From: Takakia lepidozioides
Taxonomy: Eukaryota; Plantae; Bryophyta
DNA length: 64,000 nt
NCBI GenBank assembly: GCA_030704615.1
Contig: CM060734.1
Coordinates: 45,818,001-45,882,000, forward strand
Direction of reading: 5' to 3'
The notes beneath the pieces are model-generated. The model did not search any database and was not told the origin of the DNA. It saw nothing but the letters and a program-made list of their open reading frames with translations. Of the stretch, positions 50,466-63,463 are shown piece by piece (the stretch's first letter is position 1; the number at the start of each line of letters is the position of its first letter). Made by a program: the position numbers and the translations under genes.

Positions 50466-52361
50466 CTAGTTCACCAGAAGCACCTTGCCACCTCTAGCGT
50501 CCTTCTCTGCCTCTACCAGAGCAGCCTGGAAGTCAGTCAGACTGAACTTCTTGCCGACCAAGGGCTCAACGATCTTGTCCTCCAGCATCTTCATCACTTC
50601 GGTTGCAACTTCTGTCTCCCTTCCATCGGTGTACTCGAATAATACAAAGAAGCGGATTCTAACTTTTCTAAGCAGATCAAAGACGCTGAATGTAACATCA
50701 TACCCTGATAGGACCCCATAAACGAGGACTTCACCACCGTCTCTAACACTGTTTGCAACCTTCTGCACCCACATCTCACCCACTGGCCTTGAGCTTACTT
50801 CACTATTGCAACTGATTGTTCCAAGCCAACCCATAGGCTCCATGCTCCATGCAATCTAACTGGGCGACTAACCTGGATCCTACCCGAAGTGCTGATATCT
50901 ACACAAAAACTAGAATTACCTGACAGCCACATCCTGCAGGTGATTGTAAGTGAGAGTATCGAGAGAACCAGAGAGGTTACCTTAGTTAGCTCCCCAGACA
51001 CCGCATCCACAGCAGCATACGCCCCTTTTCCACCAGTAATTTCCTTCACTCGTGCCACCAAATCTGAACCAACCGACACCGCCGAGTTCAACCTTCCCTC
51101 ATATTATTCCAAGAAACACACTGCTGGCGCTATACACCCTCCCTGGTACAGTCTACAAATGTCAACAAATGGTCTGTAGTCTACCTTCGGTCGTGGAGTT
51201 GATGACGTCATCGGCACCTAAATCTTTGAGTTCCTCTTTCAAGTCATCCCGTCGCACCACATTTATTGTCTTTATACCCCAATGCTTGGCCATCTGAATG
51301 AGCTGCCTGCCACCCTCACACAACACAAGTGATTTAGAAGAACCTCAGGTTCACAGTCCACTCACAACTGAGTAACGATGTAACGCTTATACTAACCAGT
51401 CGTCAATGTTGTCAATTCATGACATCAAATTGCTCAAAGCACACGGACCACCTGGATATCACTTATAACATATGCATGGGCATGACATCGGCTCATGCAT
51501 GCGGGCCATAAAAGGTGTGGAGGATTTGCAAGTTGGGCATACCTGCCAAGCACAGAACCAGCAGCTGTTTGAAGAAGGTATTGGCCATCGGGAACCGCAC
51601 AAACTTTGAGCAATGCATACGCGGTCCAGGGGTTTACTACGAACTGCGCTGCCGCGTCGTCTGACACACTGTCAGGAACTCCAAAGACATCGGCTTCTGG
51701 AAGCTCAATGTAGTCTTGCCATGACCCGTTCCCCGTGGAACGATAACGAGTTAGTAATATCGGCACTACCCTCTGTCCTGGCTTGAACTTTGTGACCCCC
51801 TCACCTACCTGGTCGATCAAAACACAACAAGATTAACTTGCTAGCAAGTGAGGGGCAGATCCGGCATAATTTAGGAGCGAGTTGCGAGCATCAACTCTAT
51901 CGAGGAGAGGGTTTCCTCCAGCCTAAGCATCATTACAGCGTGCATTAGACAGTTAATTAACGATCTCAATCTATACGTTGGTATTAATCGGAGAAGCAGG
52001 GACTAGGACCAATGAGTTGTTGATATACTTGGGAATCTCAAATATCCGCCATAGTTCTATCAAAATTCATGCAGGAAAGGAGAGGGTGCTTCCACACTAT
52101 GCGAGATGCATTTGGCCATGACCGCTGTACCTCCTCCACAATGCCAAATCCTTCAGAGCCGATGGTGACAACATGTCCTTCCTTCAGCAAGTGGGAATAT
52201 GACCCACTGCGGATTGAGAATAAGTCAGTGGGGTTGACGGGCCTCACAGTTATGCGCACCAGAACCTGACCAGCGGCAGGTGGCCCCGGCTTCGGCTTCT
52301 GCACCAGCTCCAGAACCTCCAAAGGCTCCCCGATCTCCTTCTGTCTCACAGCCCGTGCCAT
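50466..52361 (-). CDS. MDR-superfamily NADPH oxidoreductase, enoyl-thioester-reductase-like (copy 1, 5 exons)
   Basis: VRPVNPTD, GSEGFG.V, QFVVNPWTA, LLQTAAGSVLGRQ, INVVRR, GGKVLL. GT-AG exons mirror copy 2. Confidence 0.9.
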
Positions 52362-53227
52362 TGTTGAAACTGCCTCCTTCGCCCTGGGTCGTTCTGAGCG
52401 TCTAGAATAAATTGATGACAGGAGGAAGGCAAGATGTCAATACTTTCGCTCAGTCTCAATGTCCCGCAGTCTCTCTTACAGACAAAAGAATCGCTGCACA
52501 AGACTGATCTCCACATTAAATAGAAGCTCTCACCTCAAAACTGAACGTGACGTGTTTGAGAGAAGCGTCCGAGTATATACGGCCGTGATGATTTGCAGCC
52601 GTCACTTTCTGCGTTATGGAAGGTTCACTGGGATCTTCTCAGCGCCGGACTTACCCATTGTAAGTTGAATTTGATGCTTACTCATCCCCAAGGAATACAG
52701 TAAAAATGTGAGTAGTAATTTAAGCAAGAGCCTTCTCTTCCCTCTGCGGCTCCACCCCGAGCGGTAGAGCCTTCGAGAAGCGCTCAGATATTACACGTGT
52801 CAACTGGGGGTTACGTTGTTGCAGTACAGGTGTCTGTCAACCATCGACATGTCATTTGTGTCCCTCTCACAACCCCTCTCGCTGCTATCAGCAGCAGGTT
52901 TTTAATTTTAATTGTTAAGAAAAACAGCTGGAAGCGACCGAGACTGACCAGATGAGAGGCCCTTTATTGGCTCCTCCCTGTGAGGGAGAGACTACGCATT
53001 GGTGCCAAAACTGAGTAAGATCCTGATATACCTCCACTAGATAATACCTACACGAAGCACATAACCCTCCCCCACTTAAATGCTAACTTGAATGTACCTT
53101 GATTGGATAAGACCTATACATGAATCTTACATATATAAATATTCATAAATAAAGGGTATATAGTATATATGGATAGACATACAATATCTATATTTTCCTG
53201 TGTTTCTACGTTTCTACCTCTGCCTGC

Positions 53228-53830
53228 TCAGCGGCAGCGTGGTGGTTCTCAGAGACCAATCCGACATTACCTGACTACAGACACAAGCAGCACACACAAG
53301 AGGTCATTTTGGGTTGATGGTCGATCAAATCCTCCATGGGTCATGACACAAGGTCTAGGACAATGTGGTGAGGCACCTTCTTCTTCAACCTATTTCAGCA
53401 TGTTTTGCCCTCTCATCAGACTCGGCCTTGAGATGAATATCGAATTTTGAAAGTAGCTCGTTGGGTGGATCTGTGGTGGTTAGAGCAGGCCGTGTTTCTA
53501 TCTCTAGAGCCCGCTCAGCGGCACCGTGGTGGTTCTCGCAGACCAATCCGACATTACTTGCAGCACACACAAGAGATCATCTTGGGTTCTTGGTCAGTCA
53601 AATCCTCCATGGGTCATGACACAAGGTCGAGGATAATGTGGTGAGGCACCTTCTTCTTCGACCTATTTCAGCATGTTTTGCCCTCTCATCAGACTCGGCC
53701 CTGAATGTGCATATCGAATTCTGCAAGTAGTTCGTTGGGTGGATCTGTGGTGGTTTGGAGTGACTTTGATAAGTTGCTGTCGATGTGGCAGCAAGAAAGT
53801 ACCCAAAAACAGATGACAGAGATTTGCAAT
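53228..53830 (+). pseudogene. Two tandem PDF-module fragments homologous to 42.2-43.0 kb
   Basis: AAAWWFSETNPTLPDYRHKQHTQEV..WVDGRSNPPWVMTQG, repeated in degenerate form. Confidence 0.7.
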
Positions 53831-54479
53831 ACCTGTGTGAAATGGTCAGGTAGTTTAGGTTGATGGTGGTCTCCAGTTTGCATCCTTTGTCAAACAAGGG
53901 TGCATGTCCATAAATGGAAAATGCTGCACCCAAGCCCTAGCCCCAACACACCCCCCTCCCCTCCCGCCCTGGGCGAAAGCATCGCCAGGCGACGGGTGGG
54001 GGGGTGAGGAGGTGGTTGTGAAGGTGTGGAGTGCTGTCCCCTGTTGTGTTAAGATGAGGTACGAAGTTCGTGAAAGAGAGACTGCTTGCAAGTTTGTTGT
54101 TCAACTCTTGTTTTTCTTATTGCAGGAAGCTTTGTGGAGGGATGAAGGCCGGAGTTACCAGTCAGATAATGATCAGTTGTTTGAGAGGTGGCAATCCATG
54201 GAAGAAATAGATGGGCTAGGTCTCTTTTGTCATCATAGAAACAGTCTGGACTTGCTAGGTTACTGAAGCAGCAAGTTTTTCAGCAAGTATTTCAGTATTT
54301 CAGCCAGTTTGTCAGCAAGTATATTGATATTTCAGCCAGTTCTTCAACAAGTATTTTAATATTTCAATGAGTATTTCAACAAGCATTTCAATATTTTAAT
54401 AACTAGTAAATTAGAAGATCACTTTTGTAATATCATACATCAATATTTAATTCACACATCAATAAAGTTGTGCCAGGAC

Positions 54480-55446
54480 CAGTGTTGTGCGGGTACCCGC
54501 TTAGGCGGGTTGGAAACGGCGGTTCTGGTTTCTCGGAACTGGAACCGGGGGAGCAGGGACAAGCCGGTTCCAGAACCGGACCCGGTGGATATGGGTTTTT
54601 CCAGGAACCGGGGGGTCAGTGGCGGTTCCGGTTCCGGTTCCCGCACTACGGTTTTTTTTTTTGTTTTTTTTTTCCCGTGATCTGTCGTCTCTCACCTCCA
54701 ATCTGCGCGATCTGCTGCAGTAGCGTGACTTCAGTAGGGAGCAGCGCATAGCAGCACGGGGAGGAAGGAGCAACGCTCCTCTGTGCGGGGGAGAGGGATC
54801 AGCGTGTGAGGGAGGGAGCAGCGTTTTTTTTTTTTTTTTTGGGTTGGTTTTCGTGGTTCTGTAGTCTCGCACCTCCCACCTGCGCGAGCATCAGCACGGG
54901 GGAGGGAGCAGCGCAGGGAGGTAGCATCGTAAGCAGCAGTAGTTTTTTTCTTTTTTTCTTAAAAAATTTCCCGACGTTGTATCGTCTCTCACGTCTGTTT
55001 TTGAATAGTGAGGATGTCCACTTAGATGACAACGAGGAGTTTGATTTCTTTGTGTACTCTACACACATTAATTTATACTTGTTTATATTGCATTATTATT
55101 ATTTCATAAATTTGTATATGAATGTTGTGTTGTTTCTTTTCAACATGGTCAAAAGATTTGATATAACTAATGGGGATTCACAAATCATTTTCAGATTTAT
55201 AAAAAACGATCAAAAATTTAATATATATTTTTAAATTAAAAAAATAGAGAACCGGAACCGGAAACTGGAACCGGCAGTTCCTTCCCAAAAAATACCCGGA
55301 ACCGGAACTGGAATCTGCTCATGAATTTTGGAACCGGAACTGCTTCATAAAAAAGAACCTGATCCGGAACCGGAACCGTCTCTTTAAATATACCAAGGAA
55401 CCAGAACCGGAGGTTCCTTCAATATGGCAAGAACCGCACAACATTG
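54480..55446. mobile_element. Non-autonomous hAT element, same family as 15824-16631, opposite orientation
   Basis: TIRs CAGTGTTGTGCGG / CCGCACAACATTG. Perfect 8-bp TSD GCCAGGAC (54472-54479, 55447-55454). GGAACC subterminal repeats. Confidence 0.92.
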
Positions 55447-55934
55447 GCCAGGACCTCTGTCCCCGAATTTATAAATAAATAAATAAATAAATTTTCCTCT
55501 TATGCAGAACATGTTTGACATATAATTCGAATATAAAGTAAACGGCCAACGCCCTTACAAAAAAGATAAAAATAATATAAAATCGAATATGTGATATGCA
55601 ATATGACATATTTCAATATAATATTTTTGGGGAAATTTTCAACTTAAGATTGTAGGGTGGAGCCATTACGCGACTAGCCGCTTGTTTTTTATTTGTTTAT
55701 TTGTTTATTTGTTTTTAAATTACGTCCTTTCACTTTTGACTGGTCTGGGGAGTAACCCCTTGCTTGTTTGCCTTCATGGCCTTAGAGGTTACTTTTCCCT
55801 CCGTGTTTAATGGTTTTCGGGATTTCAGTCCAATTTTATAATTTTTAAAAATAAAAAATAATGGGCCTCACTTGTGGTGAGCCTCGGTAGTAGCTTCCAT
55901 GTGTTTTGTTTTTAACAATCTAAATTAAAAACCT

Positions 55935-56003
55935 GTGGCTGATAGCTCAATTGGATAAGTGCACTTTGTGTCACCCTGGTGGTTCAGGATTCAAATCCTG
56001 CTA
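55935..56003 (+). mobile_element. tRNA-derived SINE-like head
   Basis: tagctcaattgg (A box) and ggattcaaatcc (B box) without a clean cloverleaf. Confidence 0.45.
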
Positions 56004-56540
56004 CTATGTTCTATGGATTTGTTTTGTGACTGTTTGGTCTGGGGGTGACGTTCCCTCCTATGTGCCCAATGGCTTATCTGAACGGGGTTTAATTCTTCCC
56101 CCTCCTCAAGGGCCTGAATTGTGAGGAGTCGCCCCCAGGTTTCCTTTTGGTTAGAAAAAATAAAAATAAAAAAACAAATCTTCGCTAACCTCAAAAACAA
56201 AATGACCCATATGCCTAATCCGGACGAAGTGAGTGAATAAATATCAATATCAAATACCTAGTCCGGCGGTCCTGAGAAGATTCCGGTGAACCTTCCGGTG
56301 AACCTTCCGGTCAACGCAATATGTAGTCCCGCCGCTTCTCTCAAACACGTCACGTTCAGTTTTGAGGTGAGAGCTTCTATTTAATGTGGAGATCAGTCTT
56401 GTGCAGCGATTCCTTTGTCTGTAAGAGAGACTGCGGGACATTGAGACTGAGCGAAACTATTGACATCTTGCCTTCCTCCCGTTATCAATTTGCATTCTAG
56501 ACGCTCAGATCGAACCTGGGAGAAGGAGGCAGTTTCAACA

Positions 56541-58259
56541 ATGGCACGGGCTGTGATACAGAAGCAGGCCGGGGAGCCTTTGGAGGTTCTGGAGCTGGTG
56601 CAGAAGCCGAAGCCAGGGCCACCTGCCGCTGGTCAGGTTCTGGTGCGCATAACTGTGAGGCCCGTCAACCCCACTGACTTCATGACAATCCGCACTGGGT
56701 CAACCCACTTGCTGAAGGAAGGACATGTTGTCACCATCGGCTCTGAAGGATTTGGCATTGTGGAGGAGGTACAGCGGTCATGGCCAAATGCTTAGGCTGG
56801 AGGAAACCCTCTCCTCGATAGAGTTGATGCTCGCAATTCGCTCCTAAATTATGCCGGATCTGCCCCTCACTTGCTAGCAAGTTAATCTTGTTGTGTTTTG
56901 ATCGACCAGGTAGGTGAGGGGGTCACAAAGTTCAAGCCAGGACAGAGGGTAGTGCCGATATTACTAGCTCGTTATCGTTCCACGGGGAACGGATCATGGC
57001 AAGACTACATTGAGCTTCCAGAAGCCGATGTCTTTGGAGTTCCTGACAGTGTGTCAGACGACGCGGCAGCGCAGTTCGTAGTAAACCCCTGGACCGCGTA
57101 TGCATTGCTCAAAGTTTGTGCGGTTCCCGATGGCCAATACCTTCTTCAAACAGCTGCTGGTTCTGTGCTTGGCAGGTATGCCCAACTTGCAAATCCTCCA
57201 CACCTTTTATGGCCCGCATGCATGAGCCGATGTCATGCCCATGCATATGTTATAAGTGATATCCAGGTGGTCCGTGTGCTTTGAGCAATTTGATGTCATG
57301 AATTGACAACATTGACGACTGGTTAGTATAAGCGTTAAATCGTTACTCAGTTGTGAGTGGACTGTGAACCTGAGGTTCTTCTAAATCACTTGTGTTGTGT
57401 GAGTGTGGCAGGCAGCTCATTCAGATGGCCAAGCATTGGGGTATAAAGACAATAAATGTGGTGCGACGGGATGACTTGAAAGAGGAACTCAAAGATTTAG
57501 GTGCCGATGAAGTCATCAACTCCACGACCGAAGGTAGACTACAGACCATTTGTTGACATTTGTAGACTGCACCAGGGTGGGTGTATAGCGCCAGCAGTGT
57601 GTTTCGTGGAATAATATGAGGGAAGGTTGAACTCGGCGTTGTCGGTTGGTTCAGATTTGGTTGCACGAGTGAAGGAAATTACTGGTGGAAAAGGGGCGTA
57701 TGCTGCTGTGGATGCGGTGTCTGGGGAGCTAACTAAGGTAACCTCTCTGGTTCTGTCGATACTCTCATTCTCACTTACAATCACCTGCAGGATGTGGCTG
57801 TCATGTAATTCTAGTTTTTGTGTAGATATCAACACTTCGGGTAGGATCCAGGTTATTCGCCCCAGTTAGATTGCATGGAGCATGGAGCCTATGGGTTGGC
57901 TTGGAACAATCAGTTGCAATAGTGAAGTAAGCTCAAGGCCAGTGGGTGAGGTGTGGGTGCAGAAGGTTGCAAACAGTGTTAGAGACGGTGGTGAAGTCCT
58001 CGTTTATGGGGTCCTATCAGGGTATGATGTTACACTCAGCGTTTTTGATCTGCTTAGAAAAGTTAGAGTCCGCTGCTTTGTATTATTCGAGTACAGCGAT
58101 GGAAGGGAGACAGAAGTTGCAACCGAAGTGATGAAGATGCTGGAGGACAAGATCGTTGAGCCGTTGGTCGGCAAGAAGTTCAGTCTGACTGACTTCCAGG
58201 CTGCTCTGGTAGAGGCAGAGAAGGACGCCAGAGGTGGCAAGGTGCTTCTGGTGAACTAG
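56541..58259 (+). CDS. MDR enoyl-reductase-like oxidoreductase (copy 2); join(56541..56768,56910..57175,57412..57533,57655..57737,57963..58259)
   Basis: Canonical GT-AG junctions give a continuous ~330-aa protein. Inverted duplicate of copy 1 (about 49840-52565 vs 56335-58825). Confidence 0.9.
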
Positions 58260-58924
58260 TCAGATCTGAATCACAACGCTCCCATAGTCCCTCACATTGT
58301 GAGTAGGTGTTTTGTACTCGGACTCTATATAAATTCTGTTTTTCAAAGTGGATGACCTGAGCCGCGAGGAACCATATAGATTTTTCCATCAACAAGTTGT
58401 ATATTGGAAAGATGGGCAGTCTGGGAAAGGTGGGGGATGCCACCACTGCCATAGAGACACCATTCATTCTGCAAAATCCAGACAGTGTGCAAATCTTTGA
58501 CCAAAAACACACATGGTCTAGACAAACAAACTCAATCGTTCACAACAACTCAAAACAACAAAAATCCTCAGACAATCATGTACCATGCAAAACAAAAAAG
58601 CGCTCTAACCACCACTGCCCTACAGTCAACGTCCATTTAGCAAATCAAGAAAAGAAACCCTATCAAACCGCTCAGGTTATTCAGATCTCCAATCAAATAC
58701 TGTCAATGATGATACAAAAATAGCGAGTTAATCGTTGTTTGCAAAGCAGGTAAATGCCTTCCTACCAATTCACCTGAGCCACTTCCTTGTGAAGAAGAAC
58801 CATTTACACAGGAAAACTACATACTCATCACATAGTCTTCAACGGTCAACCTTCCACAGATCGCACAGGAGACATTTCTGCGAAGTCTGTAGCCCACGTG
58901 GTTGCTTTGCTGTCTCTCTTCTGG

Positions 58925-59105
58925 ATGCATGAAATTGAGAACGAATGCGGTTGTAGGTTGCCTTTGCTAGTGTAGTCTTGCCAATACCGCCAAATCCCCA
59001 GATTCCCATTGTACAATTGTGAATCAAAAGTTGGAGAACCCTATTGACGCTGTCATCAAGCCCAGTTGGGTATTTCGCTACATCTTGAGGATCAATCTGT
59101 GGTAA
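58925..59105 (-). pseudogene. Orphan NB-ARC (NLR) P-loop fragment
   Basis: VAKYPTGLDDSVNRVLQLL..MGIWGFGGIGKTTLAKATYNRIRSQFHAS, with no flanking NLR sequence. Confidence 0.75.
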
Positions 59106-59346
59106 AGTTCTATTCCAATGAATTACAAAAGTTTTTAAATAAAATAAAAAATGATCATCTTGCCTATAAGCCTTTTGAAAAGCTAGAAAACGAAATTTGA
59201 AAAGACTCAAAAACTAGCTTGAGTGACACGTATGAAAGGTATTCGCATGAATTAGCTCATCATGATTAATCCAGAAAATGCATTTAGTGACGCTGCGGCG
59301 TGGCTGCGGCGTCACTAACCCCCCCTCTTTTTCTGTAGCGTGTGTT

Positions 59347-59910
59347 ATGGCTTGACACATTTCTAATAACTAGTGTGATCAAGTTATGGTGGTCTCCTGA
59401 GCTCCGAATGTTTTTAAGGGGTTGTTGTCTGGCCCCCAACAGATCTGCACTTGTTGCTCAAGTTTCCGGATGATCAGGTACTCAAATGGGCCTATCTTCT
59501 TGCCAATTGCTCTAGTTTGGGTGGGCTATGGCTTGGTCGATCTGTTATAAGTAGAGTGATGAAGATTTGGTAGCCTCCATAGCCATAAAAATTGGTAAGG
59601 GGTTGTGGTCTAGCCCCCAATAGATATGCACTTGTCGTTCAAGTTTCCGAACGTTTAGGTACTCAAATGGGTCTATCTTCTTGTCATTTTCTCTAGTTTA
59701 GATGGGCTATGGCTTGGTGGATTTGTTACAAGTAGGGTGATGAAGATATGATAGCTTCTAGAGCCATAATGCTTTCTAAGGGATTGTGGTCTGGCCCTTA
59801 ACAGATCTGCACTTGTTGTTCAAGTTTTTGAACATCCAACTACTCAAATGGGCCTATGTCCTTGCCAATTGGTCCAATTGTGATGTGATATGGCTTGGCA
59901 CATTTGTTAA
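59347..59910. repeat. ~180-bp tandem repeat x3
   Basis: The unit tatggcttg..ggcccccaacagatctgcacttgttgctcaagtttcc..tactcaaatgggcctatc recurs. Confidence 0.85.
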
Positions 59911-60439
59911 TGTTTAGATGGAGCATGTGGAGGGGATTTTGACTGACTTTGGTAATAGTGGAAGGAGATCAAAGTGTTGTCCTAATTCTGGTGGGGGTGG
60001 TGGAGATTCTCCAAAGCTTGAAGATGGAAAGTGAATACCCTTCATGACGAATTGGAGCGACAGCCCTGACATGTACAAGTTTGTTCAACATCTTGTGGTG
60101 TTCTTAGCATGCACATGCACAGAAACTCATTCCTAGACTTAGTTGAGAAAAGATGTAGTGTTCCAGCACTTGGATCCAAAGGATCCTCTTTCCTTTTTGC
60201 AAACGTCTAACTCAATTATTCACCTTCTTTGGGATTAATCTTACCTGAAGTATATTGACACATGGCTAACTGACTCTCCACCGATCCTTACTCATTTGTT
60301 TCTGATGTGTATGATCCATTTCTGAATGTAGGATTTGTGGTTTGGGTCTCGTTTTCTTAGCTCTAGGAATTATGTGTCACCTCTGAACTTGGGGGTAGCA
60401 CATTATGTGGGCACCAATTATTTGACGACGTCAGTCGCA

Positions 60440-62945
60440 TAACATCTCCAGTGTACGGGAGAGGTAAGGGTCAAAGCAGGTGGAAAAACGAAGAGAGGGT
60501 AATTGGGTGATTGGGGGTGACGGCAGGTGGCCAGGTGGGAGAATGCAGCCTGTTGATAGATGGTTTGGAGAGGTAGCACATCAAAGCCGCAATTTCTAGG
60601 TGGAGATGAACCAGCACAACATCAAACTGTAAGTGCGGGGGGACACTGAACACATTTGCAGAGATTGTTGATGCAGGAGCTTGGAGAGGAGATCCGTTGC
60701 AGAGATATAGTCCAGAACTGCCAGCCAGCCAGTGGATGCTGCACAAATAGAGAACAATTTGTAAGTTTGACTGGATGTGGGTATGATGAACAGGGAATAG
60801 TGTGGCAGCAGGGGGGAAGAGGCTATGGACACCGGGGGTCAAAAGAAAGGGAAGGGAGGTAGAATGTATGATTTATGGGAGTTTGGTGAGTCTGGTATGC
60901 TGAGGGATGTGCCTGGCAGAGATATGATATAATAGACGGCAACATAGGGTAGCATATACTGGTGCAGGGGAAGAACTACATGAAAGGTATGAGGATCGAG
61001 GGAGATTTGGGTATCAGAGTAAGAGAGGGTAGTGACCATAATGTGGGATCTGGGTATAATAATCGTCTGCGTCAAGAATGTGAACCTTGTAGCCCATAGA
61101 AGTCCAAGGTGAGAAGAACCAAGTATTGAGCACAAGAGTAGTGGTAGTGTATAGGTTTAGGGGAGAATACAAGGTGGCACGGGCATTTGTGTAACCAGAG
61201 CATGGGAGCCATAGGGAGTAGAGTACATACGTAGTGCTGGTGGTGCAGCAGTCACCAACAAAGTGTTGAGAAACAGGGGAGCGTTGTGAAGCAGTGAATA
61301 GGCTTAAGTGAGCGTATTAAGAGGGTAAAGAGAGAGAGAGAGAGGATAGGTAGGCTATCGTGGTATTGATAGATAGATTTCATTTATATTATTTGAAGAG
61401 TGTAGAGTGATATGAGTGTGAAAGGCACACATGGGGTTAATAAAAGGGTCAATGGGGAAGCCCACCCCGGTGTTATGCATGTGCCACTTCATTTTGGTCT
61501 AATTCAGAATGGGGTGAGTGATTTGAAGGGTTATGTAGAGAAGGAATACCTTGGGGTGGATTACCAATTGATATAGGATGGATGTACTTGTAACCAGACC
61601 AAGAATTTTGATACAGCCGGGGGCCTACCCTTGAGACAAGTAACAGTGCAGCTCCGTGATATTGGACTGACAATTTAAGAAGACAGTAAGCATGACCACC
61701 CATGTTAGTAATATAGTACAATTGAGACAATAGCAATGAGAGGGGTATGACCATAGTATTAGGGCTGTACCAGGTAGAAGCAGTGTGCAAGAATGCTGGG
61801 GGGTTGGGGCATTCACAGTAGGAGAACCATCACACCTCTAAGCAGGCCGGTGTGTTGGCTAGATCATTGAGAGGAGCAGCCTGGTGCCAGTATAGTTAAA
61901 CATCGGTATAGACCCTTTGCAGAATAAACATATTATAACAAAGAGCATGGGAATTCAAGGTTGTGAGGAGACTTACATTTATGTGGAGGTAGAATGATGA
62001 GTAAATGGTAGTAAGGGAGGTAAACGGAGCAGCGCCTTTGAGGACCGTCTCCGAAGGAGCTGACTTAGGGTGACAGGGCTGTGTGGTGACAAGAGTAGCA
62101 GCTTGTCACCTGCATAAGTTGAGAAGGCCCTTGTTGTCAAGGTTTTGAGAGAGATATGGGTAGTAGGGGGCAGAAGTGCACCTGTTGGAGATGGTAGTAT
62201 TGGAGAGGTTGCACATAAGTCGAGGGTAATGGGAGACCCGCATGTAGAATCAGGGTGTTGGGGGTGAGTGGTGGTGGAGCTTGAAAGAAGTCCATCAACG
62301 TGGTAAGAAGGGTTGCGCTCCGCTGCACCGTCCCAAACCGTAGCCTGAGAACCCGCATCAGGGTGACACCCTGGAGTTGGCTGCCTGCTGCTATAGAAGG
62401 GGCATTGCAACGCCCATTTGGGGCCTATCCAAAAAAACTTGGTGGGGGAGTGAGGGGGGGGGGGACATTTACCCACGAGATTGAGAGCAGCCCGTCGGAC
62501 GAGCTGAGAACAGAGGGGGCAGCCAAATGAATTGTAGCAGGGGATAACTGGGCAGTCGACCGCATAACCAAGCCGTAGAATGCAGACAGCCACTCATGGG
62601 AAATCACCAGTATCCCGGCGGGATCTGTGCTTGCCAGCTTGTAAATGTTCGGTCTCGCAAACAGCCCAAAAGGGGAGCAAATGGATGAGAAGTAGTAGAG
62701 ATAAGAAGAAGGTTTAGCAGGAGCACTAAATTGACATATAGCTGAGAGGTTAGCGGAGAGGAGTGAAGGAGGGTGGCGCTCCGCCCTGCCACGGTGAGGT
62801 ACAAAGTAATGCAATTGATGAAAGATATTGCAGTTTCACATTTGCTGCAAACCATGATTCATAACACTTATCAGGGGATTGGGATGAGATGGAGAGTTGA
62901 TCTGCCTGCTGTGGCTTATATATTTTTCTACAATCATGTGGTAAG
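60440..62945 (-). mobile_element. Possible highly degenerate non-LTR retrotransposon remnant
   Basis: Strong strand asymmetry, broken Pro/Ser-rich ORFs on the minus strand, and an abrupt junction with the duplicated MDR promoter at ~62955. No diagnostic RT motif seen. Confidence 0.3.
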
Positions 62946-63463
62946 TGAAACCAGGGAGAGGGGTTTTGAGAGGGACACAAATGACATGTCGATGGTTGAC
63001 AGACACCTGTACTGCAACAACGTAACCCCCAGTTGACACGTGTAATATCTGAGCACTTCTCGAAGGCTCTACCGCTCGGGGTGGAGCCGCAGAGGGAAGA
63101 GAAGGCTCTTGCTTAAATTACTACTCACATTTTTACTGTATTCCTTGGGGATGAGTAAGCATCAAATTCAACTTACAATGGGTAAGTCCGGCGCTGAGAA
63201 GATCCCAGTGAACCTTCCATAACGCAGAAGGTGACGGCTGCGAATCATCACGGCCGTCTATACTCGGACGCTTCTCTCAAACACGTCACGTTCAGTTTGA
63301 GGTGAGAGCTTCTATTTAGTGTGGAGATCAGTCTTGTGCAGCGATTCCTTTTTTCTGTAAGAGAGACTGCGGGACATTGAGACTGAGCGAAACTATTCCT
63401 CCTGTCATCAATTTGCATTCTAGACGCTCAGATCGAACCAGGGGGAAGGAGGCAGTTTCAACA

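Noticed and set aside
55935-56003. tRNA genes (also 3647-3725, 4069-4150, 32475-32540)
   Set aside because: A/B-box-like motifs only; no convincing cloverleaf or anticodon arm, so treated as SINE-derived.
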